NCBI GenBank assembly: GCA_028023455.1
Contig: JAQFVV010000002.1
Location: 11,408,001 to 11,472,000 of the forward strand
From: Epiperipatus broadwayi
Lineage: Eukaryota; Animalia; Onychophora
Direction of reading: 5' to 3'
Length of the DNA: 64,000 bases
Position numbers and translations under genes: made by a program. Numbering within the stretch: position 1 is the stretch's first letter; each line of letters opens with the position of its first letter. A model generated the notes under the pieces. It made no database searches. It was not told the DNA's origin and saw nothing but the letters and a program-made list of their open reading frames with translations. Shown piece after piece: positions 13,496 to 26,000 of this stretch.

Positions 13496-15497
13496 TGTAA
13501 CCAGTTGGGTTACATACCACACACTAATATAGTGTGTGTGCATAAATATATCTAAAGTAAAGGAAAAGTAGAAATAAACACAGACAATAAATTTTTGTAG
13601 ATATTTTTCAACATTCACTAAATAAAAATAATAAATAAAGGGTTAAATAACTCTGTATTTAAAATAATATTTTATTATAAATTAAACTTTTAAAATAAAT
13701 ATAAATATTGTATTATTATTATTCTGATTTTGAAATTTAAAAATAAGTATGGTATTTTGAGTAGTACTCATACTGACTTTGACTTATTATAATGCTCATT
13801 GATATTTGTTGGTTAATTATGCTTTTAGTTACTTGCTAATCTCTCAAAGATTTCACACAGATTCTCTAATCTCATGCTCTTATAAAATACTATATTAAAT
13901 ATTATACTTCTTGTAAATTATTGATATTTCTTTTAAATTGACTGGGAATGATAATGATTTGCCATCACCCAGTTTCAACCCATTTTCCTTCCACTTCCTG
14001 ACCTCCCCATCCCATTACAAATGGTTACCTAACTGAGGGCTGATGATGATGATGTACTGTGGTAATCATTATAGATGGCTGCCCAACATAAGGTTGATCA
14101 TGATCACATACTGGTGATCATCACTTTAAAATTGTCAACTTGATCTTAAACTACAACTGAGAAAGGAAAAAATATGCATTTTATGCACAATTAATTTTTA
14201 AAAAATACTGTGAAATGTGACAGGAGTATTGATGATGATTATAAATTATAAAATAGTAATTTTCAAGTACGTTTAAAGAGGTTCATATTTAGAATTAAAT
14301 AGAAAATTAATGATTTTGGAGATTGGCTTTGGTGTTTGATTGTTGAAGTTTGTTTAGCTGTATTTTCAGTTTTGATAATGGATGGAGATTTTTGTCATTG
14401 GCTTGAGGATGCAATGTTTTTATGCAACTCTGAGGGTGTTCTATCTCCATTATTTGCTCCAATCTATTTTTTGTATTTTATATTATTCGTCATAGAGCAA
14501 TTAACATAGTCCTGCCATGATTCCAGCCTCTAAGTCTCCAAAGAAAAGGATCAAAGCATAGCTTGTATTTCACAGCCCTTAAGACTCAAGAGAAGCAGGG
14601 CATAGTTTTGTATTTTCCAGACCCTCCACAGAAGAGAGCTTTGCAAAAGGTTTTTGCATTTTCCTTATAAGGGTTGTAGCTTATAGTGTCTCATTTGAGG
14701 TAGCACTTTTGGTGTTCATGGAGCATTGTGTACTTATAGTCCAATGGCTGAATTCTTTATCTATCTCAAAATTGCAGACCACTATTCAATCTGTTAACTG
14801 TCAGATGTCTGTCAGATCTCTAAAAAATTGATCAGTACATAGTTTTAGATGTGAACTTTGTTTTGATTATACATGTAAATTATGTAAAATATTGTTAGAT
14901 AGGTGTTTCATTTCTATTTTCCTTTTCCCTCAGACCGGTACAATGTAACCAGTTGGGTAACATACCACACACTAATATAGTGTGTGTGCATAAATATATA
15001 TAAAGTAAAGGAAAAGTAGAAATAAACACAAACAATACATTTTTGTAGACATTTTTCTACATTCACTAAATAAAAATAATAAATAAAGGGTTAAATAACT
15101 CTGTATTTAAAATAATATTTTATTATAAATTAAACTTTTAAAAGGTCTGAATAAATATAAATATTGTATTATTATTATTATTCTGAGTTTGAAATTTAAA
15201 AACAACTATGGTATTTTGAGTAGTACTCATAAGTACTCATACTTACTTTGACTTATTATAATGCTGATTGATATTTGATGGTTAATTATGCTTTTAGTTT
15301 CTGGCTGATCTCTCAATGATCTCACACAGATTCTCTAATCTCATACTCTTATAAAATACTATATTAAATATTATACTTCTTGTAAATTATTGATATTTGT
15401 TTTAAATTGACTGGGAGTGATGATGTGATGATTTTCCATCACCCCAGGTATGACTATGATCAACCTCCCATTTCTTCCACCTTTCCATCCCATTACA
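13496..15497. mobile_element. Non-coding two-LTR element (TRIM/LARD-like)
   Basis: Direct repeats 13496-14019 and 14944-15497 (~90% identical) each read TGTAACC...CCATTACA. ATAT flanks the outer ends. The 924-bp internal region has no ORF. Confidence 0.8.
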
Positions 15498-15976
15498 ATA
15501 TTATCACATACTTAATAAAAAACAATATTTAACAATTTTACAAACAATAAAAAGATAATTTAAACAAATAGAAATACACTTGTTTTTGAATAAACATTGG
15601 TAATTTAAAAGTGTATTTTTAAAAAATAAATTGATCTTTTTCTTAAAGTTACAATCAAAATCTTAACTGCTAAATAGATTTTGACTATGAAATTTTCTAA
15701 TTAATTAAATTTTCATTAAATAATTTTATCATTGGTAATCTACTTAAATTTTCATCATTGAAATCTTTTATATACCACACCATCAGGAGTGTTCCTGAAG
15801 TCTACAACTTAAGATAAATATATTTTTTATAGACATAAATATTTTAATTAACTCCACTTTTTATATAACAGTATAAGATGTTTATATAAAGCAAATGGAA
15901 ATGTTTTTGTCATTATCATTATTATTTGCATGTAAGGAAGAAAAACACACATCTTCAATAATGTAGTCTTTAAATA

Positions 15977-16511
15977 CAGTTTATCCAAACCACTTTGAAC
16001 ACTTTTTAGCAAAACTTTTTATTTGTACATATATACATATACCTTACGTTTTGATTGTCTTGCAGTCTTCTTCAGAGCTATGATATAACGAACAAAATAA
16101 AATATGTAACTATATAATAATACCATAAAAAATGTAAACAATAAAAAATTAAAAACATCAAATATATATATAAAAACTAATAAAACTGAAATAAATATAT
16201 ATGTATACAGTTAAGAATACACATGTATAATTTATATTTATTTTCTATTTATGTTATACATTTTATTTTATATTAACTGTTTTATTTGGGTTTGATTATT
16301 TATTTCAGTTTTATTAGTTATATATATATTTGGTGTTTTTAGTTTTTTAGTGTTTACATTTTTTATGGTATTATTATATAGTTATGTATTTTATTTTGTT
16401 TGTTATATCATAGTTCTGAAGAAGACTGCAGGACAGTCAAAATGGAAGGTGTATGTATATATGTACAAATAAAGAGTTTTGCTAAAAAATGTTCATGGTT
16501 TGGATAAATTG
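15977..16511. mobile_element. Foldback Tc1/mariner-type MITE with ~220-bp TIRs
   Basis: TA|CAGTTTATCCAAACC ... GGTTTGGATAAATTG|TA; the arms are about 90% complementary. Confidence 0.8.
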
Positions 16512-17766
16512 TATTTATAGGATATCACAGCAAAATAAAGGAAAGTGTGATTTTGGTAATATTAATGTAGTTTTTATTTATTACAAATAAGGTATTATTT
16601 AAATATATATAATACGTAAGCTTGTGTTTAAAACCTGTAGAGGTCCCTACCTTCGAATTTTTCAGACGCTTATTCCTAAGGTACAGCCTTAGTAAATATT
16701 ACATAACACTATTCTATTTCACCGAGTACTTTTTACTCAGATTAGAATTATATTAACATCTAAAAAATAGTAGCTTTATTTTTCAAATAAATAAAATATT
16801 AAATAAAAAAAAGTTTGATATAATGATAATTTATATATATAATTGTTTTTATTAATAGTATAAAATAATTATAAAATGTTTAATAAAAATGGTTTTTTAA
16901 AGAAAATAGTGCTGGGAATAAACATTTCATTTTTAACTGCTTATATATAATAAAATAAGTAATGAATTTAATCAATAAATTACAACAATTATATATGATA
17001 GTTTCTTATTAAAACGTTGGCTGCATTTTAAAATTATTTTATAAACCTGTCCAAATTGAATCTTTTTTTCTGTTAAAACAGAATATTTATATATATTTTT
17101 TGATACCACAAATAATGAAATATAATTTAATTATTTTAACAAATTCTCAAATACAGCGATATCAATTCAATGGATATTATTTCATAAATTTGTTTTTAAA
17201 TACTCTCCCTTCACCACTACCACCAATTCTTCTTCTTCTTCTCTTTTTGTGCTATTAGATTATCGAATGCAAACGGAGCCTGCTTGACTTCAAAAAATTT
17301 AGAGAAAATATAACCAATAAATTAAAAAATAAAGATATATAATACATTTTTAATGGAAAATAAATTAAGTACTTTTAATAATATTAGGTCTAATTTTTTA
17401 AAAAAAAATCAACTCTGTGAACTTATTATCAAACTGTTTTTAAAATGAACTCGTATAAAATTATATTAACTAATAAAAAATTAATTACAATTCATAAAAT
17501 ATAAATAAAAAATATTATTATTATATAGAATTATAACTTTAAAAAAAAAACACAGACACAATGCCGTCTGTTATAACAAAAATTGGTTCATTTGACATAT
17601 CATGTATCCATTGTAGCTTACATTGAAATACATGTATTAGAAGTAATCTATTTCAGTTTCACAATTTATACCAAAGTTATCAATTAAATAATTATAATAA
17701 TCAAAAAAGCAAGTCATATATAACGTGACATTACTTTTATAAGCTTGAATTTACAAAAATGCAATA

Positions 17767-18086
17767 CAGAGAGTGTACCAATAGTTCAAACAAGCTCTTA
17801 ATTAATAAGTGCGGTATGAGAAAATATTTAAAATCTCTATCCAGAACACTCTCATCTCCAGACCAACTGGTTTCAAAGTTTCTACTTAAATATACATATG
17901 AAATAAGTGTTGGGTTTTGAGGTGATATTTTAGATCTAGTGTCCGAATATTCTAGCTCTCCACTTACGTGAGCCATAAGCTGGAAACCAGTTGGTCTGGA
18001 TATGAGAGTGTTCTGGATAGAGATTTTAAATATTTTCTCATACCGCACTTATTAATTAAGAACTTGTTTGAGCTATTAGCTCTCTG
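17767..18086. mobile_element. Tc1/mariner-type MITE with ~105-bp TIRs
   Basis: TA|CAGAGAG ... CTCTCTG|TA, with near-perfect arms (ttaattaataagtgcggtatgagaaaatatttaaaatctctatccagaacactctca and its complement). Confidence 0.85.
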
Positions 18087-19054
18087 TAAAGCAATCAAAT
18101 AATTATTTAGCAGAAAAAGTTAAAACATGTGAAATAAATTGCATTATGCTGTACATATTTTATAATTAGATTTTCTTAAAAATTTCATCTTTTAAAATAT
18201 ATAATTATATCATAAACGAATGTACACAACCTATTTAAAATTCACAAATGTTTGATAATAGAGCTTCTGTTTTCTTGGTGAATGACATTCAGTAACAGTT
18301 CTATAAGAGGTAGCAGCCTCAACATCCCTTATATTGATATGCAATCTGGTTCTTTTTTTTAAAATCCAGTGTACAGTATTTTGCTGACAATAAATGTCCT
18401 TACATGAACAGCACTTTAAATAGGAAACGATAAAAAAACAGTCAAGCAATTGCTTGATTTTTTTCGTGAATGAATGTCTCATTAATTCTATCACTTGCCA
18501 TTTGATTTTGATTAATCAATCCACATTGTCAAGAAGATTCTATTAGTTACAAAATCCTTTTCACACCCTATTTACTTTTAAATTTGTCATATTAAAAAAA
18601 ATATTGTAGATAGTTCATTTCTCACACTGTATTCAGAACTTAAATTACTGACTGTTTTAAAAGTTTTTTTTTTAAAATGATCTTTTTTAACTTCAATGCT
18701 GATCAATTTTTAAATCTCTTTTTTTTTGATACATGGTTAAAATTCAAAATTGTATATATACAAAAAGAATTTTGAACAAACTAGGCAGTGGCGGACTAAG
18801 GTTAAAGCGGATCCTAGGCAACATTGTAATTCCGGGCCTATTTTTCAGTCATGATACATACTTTGCGTTTGGTATTTTGGTTTTAAAGCATTAGTATGTA
18901 ATTCTATTTAATTATCGGATTCCAAGAAAAAAAAGGTAAAAAATAATATACATGTACAAAAATTAAATAAACATAATTTATCAAAACAAACAAACATAAA
19001 CATAATTTATTAAACAAACAATAATACTTAAACAAATATGCCCAGATTGATTAG

Positions 19055-22000
19055 TTATATTGCCTTTTTTCTCACTTTTAATTCTGCAAACTCGTCAATT
19101 AGTTTGTCATAATTAATAGAATTATTTAATAACTCTTTTTCTATATAAAGTAATGATAAACTATTTAATTTTTGTTGGCCTAATGTGGATCTTAAAATTT
19201 TTTTATTCTGGCCATTACTGAGAATGATCTTTCACCGCTTGCATTGCTTATTGGAAGGGTTAAATAAATTCTCAGAATTATGTTTAAATTAGGAAATGTT
19301 GCAATAATATTATTTTCCTGAATAAATGACCACATGGATACAGGCGAAAAAATATTTTCTTTACTTATAAAAGTTTTAAATTGTAATACTTCATTTTTCA
19401 GTTCTGCTAGGTTTAAATCTTGTTCATAACATTTTAATTCCTCTATTGAAGAATCACCAACATCACTATCATGAAAAATTGTTTTGAATTTATTGTTAAT
19501 AGTTTTATATCCCTCAGATCTTTTTTTAATGTTGCTAATTAAAGAATTGCATACAACAAAAAAAATATTAACTTTAAAATGTTCTTTGCCACTGAATCTT
19601 ATTTCATGTTTTGGAATTTCATCATGAAATAGTTTTCGTATTTTCTTCCATTTTTTATCATTAGTATATGCAATATCTTTAACTTTTTCTAAATTATCAA
19701 AATCATCTCTAACAGTTTGTATGAAATCTATCAATGAATCATATATTAAAACTGCTGTATTTAGGGATTCGTCTTTTTGTTGAAGAGTCTTGTTTGAAGC
19801 ATCTTTTCTCTCTAAAATATTTTCCCATATAATAAGTAACAGTACATACTCAAATGTATCAAGTTTTTTATGTAAATCGGCAGCTTCGGACTTTGTTAAT
19901 GGTTTTCATCTTTGTTTGAGGAAAAATGACGTAAACAATGTTTAATTTCTTCAAAATTTTCCTTTAAGGATTTCACAGCATCGGAATGAGCAGACCACCT
20001 GGTGTCACAAATAGGTTTAACCCATAGAGACCTGAACGGCCATTTTTAATTCCCAAAAAAAATTACAGGACCTACAATTTTAAATAAAATGTCTAATTTA
20101 TTACAATAAATAAATATATATATATACATTTTTATAAAGTGCAAATATGAAAGAATGTTATAAAGCTGATAAAGTAGTCATTACCACAAAAAATAATTTA
20201 AAAAAAAATGATATTTTTCACATTTTTAAAATCTTTATTTTTACATTGGTTCACAAACTCTCAATTTTGAAAGGTATAGCCTAAAATGACAATTTCATAG
20301 ACAGCTTCATCACATTCATCATAAAATGCAGAAAAAATAATATATAACATGACCTACCTGAGTTACAGATTGTTGGTGTAATGTGGCAAAAGGTGACCAT
20401 TTCAATTTCGTTTTTCTGCTTGACACCCTGTATGTTCTATTTTTGCAAGCAGTTGTTTTTCTAGGCCCTCTATGCGAGATATCTATTAGAAATGCAAGGT
20501 TTTGTGTGGATTAGAAATGCAAGGTTTTAGTGTGGATCAAAAAAAAAATAACAGTAATAACTTTAGTAAAGTGTAAGTTATGGGGATAAAAAATAATTAC
20601 TATATTATTGAAAAATCATGGGCTAAATTATGCATTATTACATAGGAAACCATGATAGCAAAGTATGCTATAAAATGAATAAAAAGTTATCTGCAAAGTA
20701 TGCTATAAAATGAATAAAAAGTTATCTACAATGAAATGAATAAAAACGTAGTAAATTCTAAGTTATGCATGTAAAAAATAATTACTATATTATTGGAATA
20801 TCATGAGGGTAAGGGTGAGCTAAATTATGCATTATTACATAGCAAACCATAATAGCAAAGTATGCTATAAAATGAATAAAAACTTATCTACAATGAAATG
20901 TATAAAAACAGTAAATAAAATAAAATAAATAACCCAAAGGAATTACAAGCAATTATTATATATCAGTGGGAGATGATGATGATGAATGTTGAATACTTAC
21001 GGGTAATGGGGAATACGAAACCTCAAAATCAAACACATCAACAGAAAAGTTCGTTAGAATCAAAATTACGTTCAGCGGCGAAAATAATTGTTTTCTCCGT
21101 ATATTTTTTTTATCCGTTGATAAAATCTAGAAAGATAAAAAAAATTTACAAAATTTTAATAATGTACTTTACAAAAATTGCTATAAAAAATCTAATTTTC
21201 ATCGCACAGAAAAAAATTTTAGACGTACAAAAAGATAGAAAAATGGCGGAGAGAAAGAAAAAAAAAGTGTAACTGTGACGTATACGGTTTGCACGCTATT
21301 GCGGTCGAAATTGCAAACTTTTTTTAATGCGGAAAAAAGCGGTTTTCGGTCTCAAGGGGTACTCAGTTGTTTGCTCTTACAAAATTTTTGTAATGCATTC
21401 CATCTATGTGTAGAACTTGAAAAAAATACGTACAATTCCTGAACGATATTGAAAAAAGTGGTCATTTCCATGCAACTTTCGGCAGCAGCATTTCCAATTA
21501 AATTTAATGAATGATTTGCACATGGTATAAAATGGGCAGAAAAAATATGTTGTTTTATTCTGGATTGGAATCCCTTATATTTACCCGACATATTAAATGC
21601 ATTATCATAACTCTGACCTCGACAGTTAGTGATGTCTAAATCTATATTATTTAAAAATTCTAAAATAACTTTCTCCAAGTTTTCACCAGTATGAGAAAAT
21701 ATAGGTAGAAATCCCAAAAATCTTTCTTTTATACCACTTGGAAGAACATAGCAAATAATGATGGTCAGCTGATCTACGTGAGATTTATCAGGTGTTGAAT
21801 CAATAATTAGAGAGTAAAATTTGGCTTCCTTTATTTCGTTCACTATTGTGAGTTGTAAATCTTTTGATATAATAGAAATAAATTCATCCCATATTGTAGA
21901 TGACAAATAGTTCATAGTACTGGTGCTGCAGTTTGCATATTTTTTCATGTGTTCCCGCAAAAATGGATCGAACTCGGATAAATATTCCAAAGCCCCTATA

Positions 22001-22856
22001 TAATTACCATTATTTTCAACCAAAAACACTTTATTTTTACCACGAAACACTAAAGAGTATGAAGAAATAAATTTTATTGTTGCTATCACACGTTTAAGTA
22101 CTTCTCTCCAATATTTTTTTTCATTTATAATTTGTTTTTCCAGTTCAGTGTCAATGCGTCCGGTAATTTTAAATCTTGTTATAAAAATTAAAATGGAGTT
22201 AATGTGGTCACTGGAGTTTTCATGCTCTGACAATTTTTTATGCACATTTTTCCAATCATTCGTACCTTTTGTCATTAGCGTTGTTTGCTTGGAAAATAAT
22301 TTACAAACGTAACAGTACAATAAGTTGTTGGTTTCAGTATAAGCCAACCAATCTCTTTTAAGTTTTTCCCCGCTATTAATTGTTCTGAAGAAGGAGGCAA
22401 TAGTTAATTTTCTTGTGATTTGTTTTGACCCTTTGTTGCATCGAATAGAAGATGATTCCAAAGATCCATTTATTGATTTTGGTGGATTTTTTATATAATT
22501 CTCTCGCATGGCGTCTGTTATATATTCTGGCCATAATGCAATATCGTTTACAAAACTCTTAGTTTCTTCATTACTTTGAGATGATTTTAAATTTTTATTT
22601 TCTCCTTTTGTTTCATTTTCATAAACGGAGTTGCTTGTTTTTTCTGCTGGTCTTTTTGCAGAATAGTTTCGGACACAAATGATGTTTCTGGAGTTTGAGC
22701 AGGTGAAATTTGTGAAAATAATGACGATTGTTGTAATTGTTCTCCATCTACAGTTAAAAATTTGTCCAACGATCTTTTCATTTGTTTTGCTACTTTATCT
22801 CGATCTGCTTTTCGTTTTCTTTTTTCACTTCCACTTAAATGTTTATAGGAACTCAT
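19055..22856 (-). pseudogene. hAT transposase (TTF-type Zn finger, DUF4371-like, hAT dimerization domain; family often annotated ZMYM1-like), disrupted
   Basis: Motifs LYCYVCKLF, SLIIDSTPD (D), GQSYDNA (D), PCANHSLNL (CxxH), DTRWS and SGERSFS (E). Broken by frameshifts near 22600-22790, about 19895 and about 19195, and by the 20021-21358 insertion. Confidence 0.92.
20021..21358 (+). mobile_element. piggyBac-like MITE, copy 1 (1338 bp)
   Basis: Termini CCCATAGAGACC / GGTCTCAAGGG; flanks TTAA and GTAC. Highly similar to 56217-57912. Removing it rejoins the transposase frame (KQL..PICDTRW). Confidence 0.9.
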
Positions 22857-23169
22857 TTTAAAGACCAAGTACTAAAAAAAAAAGAAAATAATCTTTAATT
22901 AAATTTATTTTTACTCAATATCACAATCACAAAGAAAATCACAATTTGTGGTATTTTATATAATATATTATTTTAATTAAATAATGTAATACTTTTATAA
23001 AAGCTTACATTTTTATTTTAGGAATTCCAGAAAATATTAACTATGAAATATGAATCCAAAACAATCTATTTGCAATCAAGTCTAGGTACTTAAGTCTTAA
23101 TTGCACAATTTTCAATCACAACTCACATAAGATGCAATACGTTCAGGAGACACTGATTTTAAATAGTTA

Positions 23170-23340
23170 TGTTTGACTTTTTAAACACGTGCATAGTAAA
23201 GGCTCGATAGGCGTGAGGCTCGATCGTATTTACACACATCGACACTCACGGGCGTGGATGCAAAAGCACGGGAACGCTCGTCCACACTTTTCGACTTTAT
23301 CAATCAACGATTTGGCATAATTTGAATACGTTTCAGCAAT
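23170..23340 (-). promoter_or_regulatory. CpG-rich 5' region of the hAT element, probable transposase promoter
   Basis: Local CpG cluster, including a CACGTG E-box and ctcgatag, lying between the TIR and the transposase start. Function is inferred from position only. Confidence 0.35.
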
Positions 23341-23769
23341 AATTATGAATATCACGTTTTTCTGTTAAATAAAAATAAAAATTAATTATAAAAATTTAAA
23401 AATTAAAAACCTAATTTTCAGGCCCCAAAAATTACGGGCCCTAGGCACATGCATAGGTTGCCTAGGCCTTAGTCCGCCCCTGAAACTAGGGAAGATAAAT
23501 AAATATCAAAAGAAAAACTAAATTCAAAAATAAGCTCAGAAAACATGAACAAGTTGAACTGCTCTAAAAAGTCTCACGAATGTTGCTGTTATATAAGCAA
23601 GTAGCATTCATTGTTATATTTGCTGTTTCACTCAATGGCATACACCAATTTAACAATTTCATGTGAGTACTTGGCTTTCCATTATTATTACTATATATAT
23701 GTGCTGTACACAAAGATAATGAAGCTAGTATATATAATCAAAAGCAAATATAAAATACTATTTTAGCTG

Positions 23770-24416
23770 CAGTGCTTTTGAGAGACTTCTTGCTCTCAAG
23801 CTTAAGAGATAGGGTCATGTGATCTATGAATTGATCTATGACTCTTATTTTGACTATTTATAGTCTCTGCCAAAAATCGTATGCAATTTTATATTGCTAT
23901 GACTACTAATATATGGTATGGCTGAAGATCTATCAGTCCCATATAGCTATTTGAGTTGGATAGCTGGGTTTGAAGACATGTAGATGTCTGAAAATTTCAG
24001 ATTTTCCACTCAATAGATAACTTTTAGCTAAGTGCTTGGCTTTGGGTTGGTATTTTTAGATCTAGTGTCTGAACCTACCCTGACACCTCTCTGAGGAGTG
24101 CCAAAGCACGAAATCATGGTCAGGGGTTTGGGGAGGGGTTCCTGACAGAGGTATTTTAAGTGCTGGCTCTGGCTAAACATTTATCATAAAGCTTGTAGAG
24201 GAATTGGCAATCCTAACTGTTTATAACTTACAAGTTCTTGCTCTCATGTTCATAGCTATTATCTTGTTAAAAACTGCGTTGTTAGAAGGAAAATTTATGC
24301 AAAATAATGCAAATTAGTTATAACTGTCATTTTTGGGACAGGGCAAAGCAGGCTTCTCGTGGATTAATGGACTTTTAACAAGATATATGAGAGCAAGCAG
24401 TCTCTCGAAAGCGCTC
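23770..24416. mobile_element. Old TIR element, possibly a hAT MITE
   Basis: CAGTGCTTTTGAGAGACTTCTTGCTCTCA pairs imperfectly with TGAGAGCAAGCAGTCTCTCGAAAGCGCTC; no TSD found. Confidence 0.4.
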
Positions 24417-25149
24417 AGTTAAAATAATATTTCATATTTGCTTTCGATTATATATAGTACCTTCATTATCTGTGCGCACAGCACGCACACACATATATAG
24501 TATTTTCCAATTTAATGAAGTAAGTAATTCAATTATTATTACTGAACATTGCTTCAAAATTAATTTTTTAAAGTCAATTTAATCAGCTTTCAAATTCTAC
24601 TTTTATGATTTGTGGCAATATTTTTTATAGTATATGCATCCAGAAAAAACATTTTTAAAAATGTACAAAAGTATTATAACTAGAGAATTAAAAAGCCTAT
24701 ATTAATAATTAGGTTTTACATCAGAAAATATCTGTCTTATCATAATTAAGTGGAAAATGTGTTCATTATATTTACTTCAAAAGCTTTTGTTGGAACAGAT
24801 TTTACCGTAGTATAAATTACTTGTCTCTTGTATCTCTATTGTTTTGTTTTTTAAATAGTTTGTTAATAAAATTTTAAAACCAATAACAGTCTATACTTTA
24901 TGTATGTCTTTTAAATTTTACTTAAAAGAATGGTATGAATAATATAATTAAAAAATAATTTTTAACATAAATCTAATTGTTTTATGTTAAATATACTTGT
25001 AGTATTTGACATTAAAATGCAGATTTTTTTTTTTTTTTGCTCTTTCTAAATGTGATTGAATATATTATGAGAATGTGATTCCTTACAAAATATTGAATAT
25101 GCCAAGTACTTTTTTATTGTCATAGGTTTTGACCCTGTTTACCAGTAAA

Positions 25150-26000
25150 ATCATCTGGGCAAATCTTTTTTAAAGTCTATTATTTTTGTAGTTAGACTAT
25201 TGGTAGCTGTAAAGATTGAATTAGTCATATTCTGATAAAGTGCTATTCTTTCCTATGAACTTATAAAAATCAAATATAATATTTTTCTAGGTATTGAAAT
25301 CTTTCCTTTTGAATATACAAGAAAATGATTATAATTACCTTGATAATTTGTTATTTTATTGCTAGCTTGGAGTATATAATTGTTTTATTTATTTATAATA
25401 ACCTAAATATATTTTGGTTCAAATGGACACTACAGATCTTAAATTTGGGCCCAGTATTACCTTGACATTCATTGTGATTTTGGTCTTGAGAAACTTATGA
25501 AATTACCCATAAGAGATATGAAAATGGAATCTTCTTTTCTAGCCAATGTACTGTTTTTTGTTTTTTTTTGTTTTTTTTTATAAAAGTAGTTTTTATGTGT
25601 TCAATATGATTATAATATTTGCAAACTATATATTTATGCAAATATTGGGTGTAATTATTTATTACACTTATAGCAAGTTTTATTAGATTTTCTGATACTA
25701 TTTCTGGGTGATTTTTGAAAACTTTATTACTTGATAAGTTCATTCTTTTGTTTTGATAAGGTAGGTATTTATCACTCAAATTTCTGAATGATAAATTTAG
25801 TATTGAGGCCAGATATCTTATTTGCTATAACTTCAACAAAGATATGGTAGAGTTGATTAGAAGTTTATTACTTAGGTATGATCATTCATTCTGTTAAAAA
25901 AAATAGTGTTTTATTGTATGACTTAGAAGGTTCTTGAAATCACAGTTCATAAATAGTTTCTTGAAATATGTGGCAAAAATCTCTAGGTCTTTTTTCTCTG
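25150..26000 (-). pseudogene. Heavily decayed non-LTR retrotransposon ORF2 fragment
   Basis: Minus-strand fragments IFATYFKKLF, EVIANKISGLN and KIPFSYLL loosely resemble the pre-RT motifs of LINE ORF2 (F..YF..L, EI...I..L, YRPISLL); many stops. Confidence 0.35.

Larger units (their letters stand above)
18786..23482 (-). mobile_element. Full-length hAT DNA transposon (Tip100/Zaphod-like), interrupted by a MITE
   Basis: TIRs CAGTGGCGGACTAAGG and CAGGGGCGGACTAAGG (15/16). Perfect 8-bp TSD AAACTAGG at 18778-18785 and 23483-23490. Contains a transposase. Confidence 0.95.

Noticed and set aside
13050-13618. ORFs of 117 and 83 aa
   Set aside because: They cross MITE, flank and LTR boundaries, so they are chance open frames.
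17737-18048. 103-aa ORF
   Set aside because: It runs through a palindromic MITE and has no recognisable motif.
18231-18494. 87-aa minus-strand ORF as a host exon
   Set aside because: No convincing splice sites, codon-position skew or recognisable domain.
20973-21272. ORF MMMMNVEY... and its paralogues at 57529-57923
   Set aside because: These lie inside the MITE, are split by a stop in copy 2, and show no transposase motifs.
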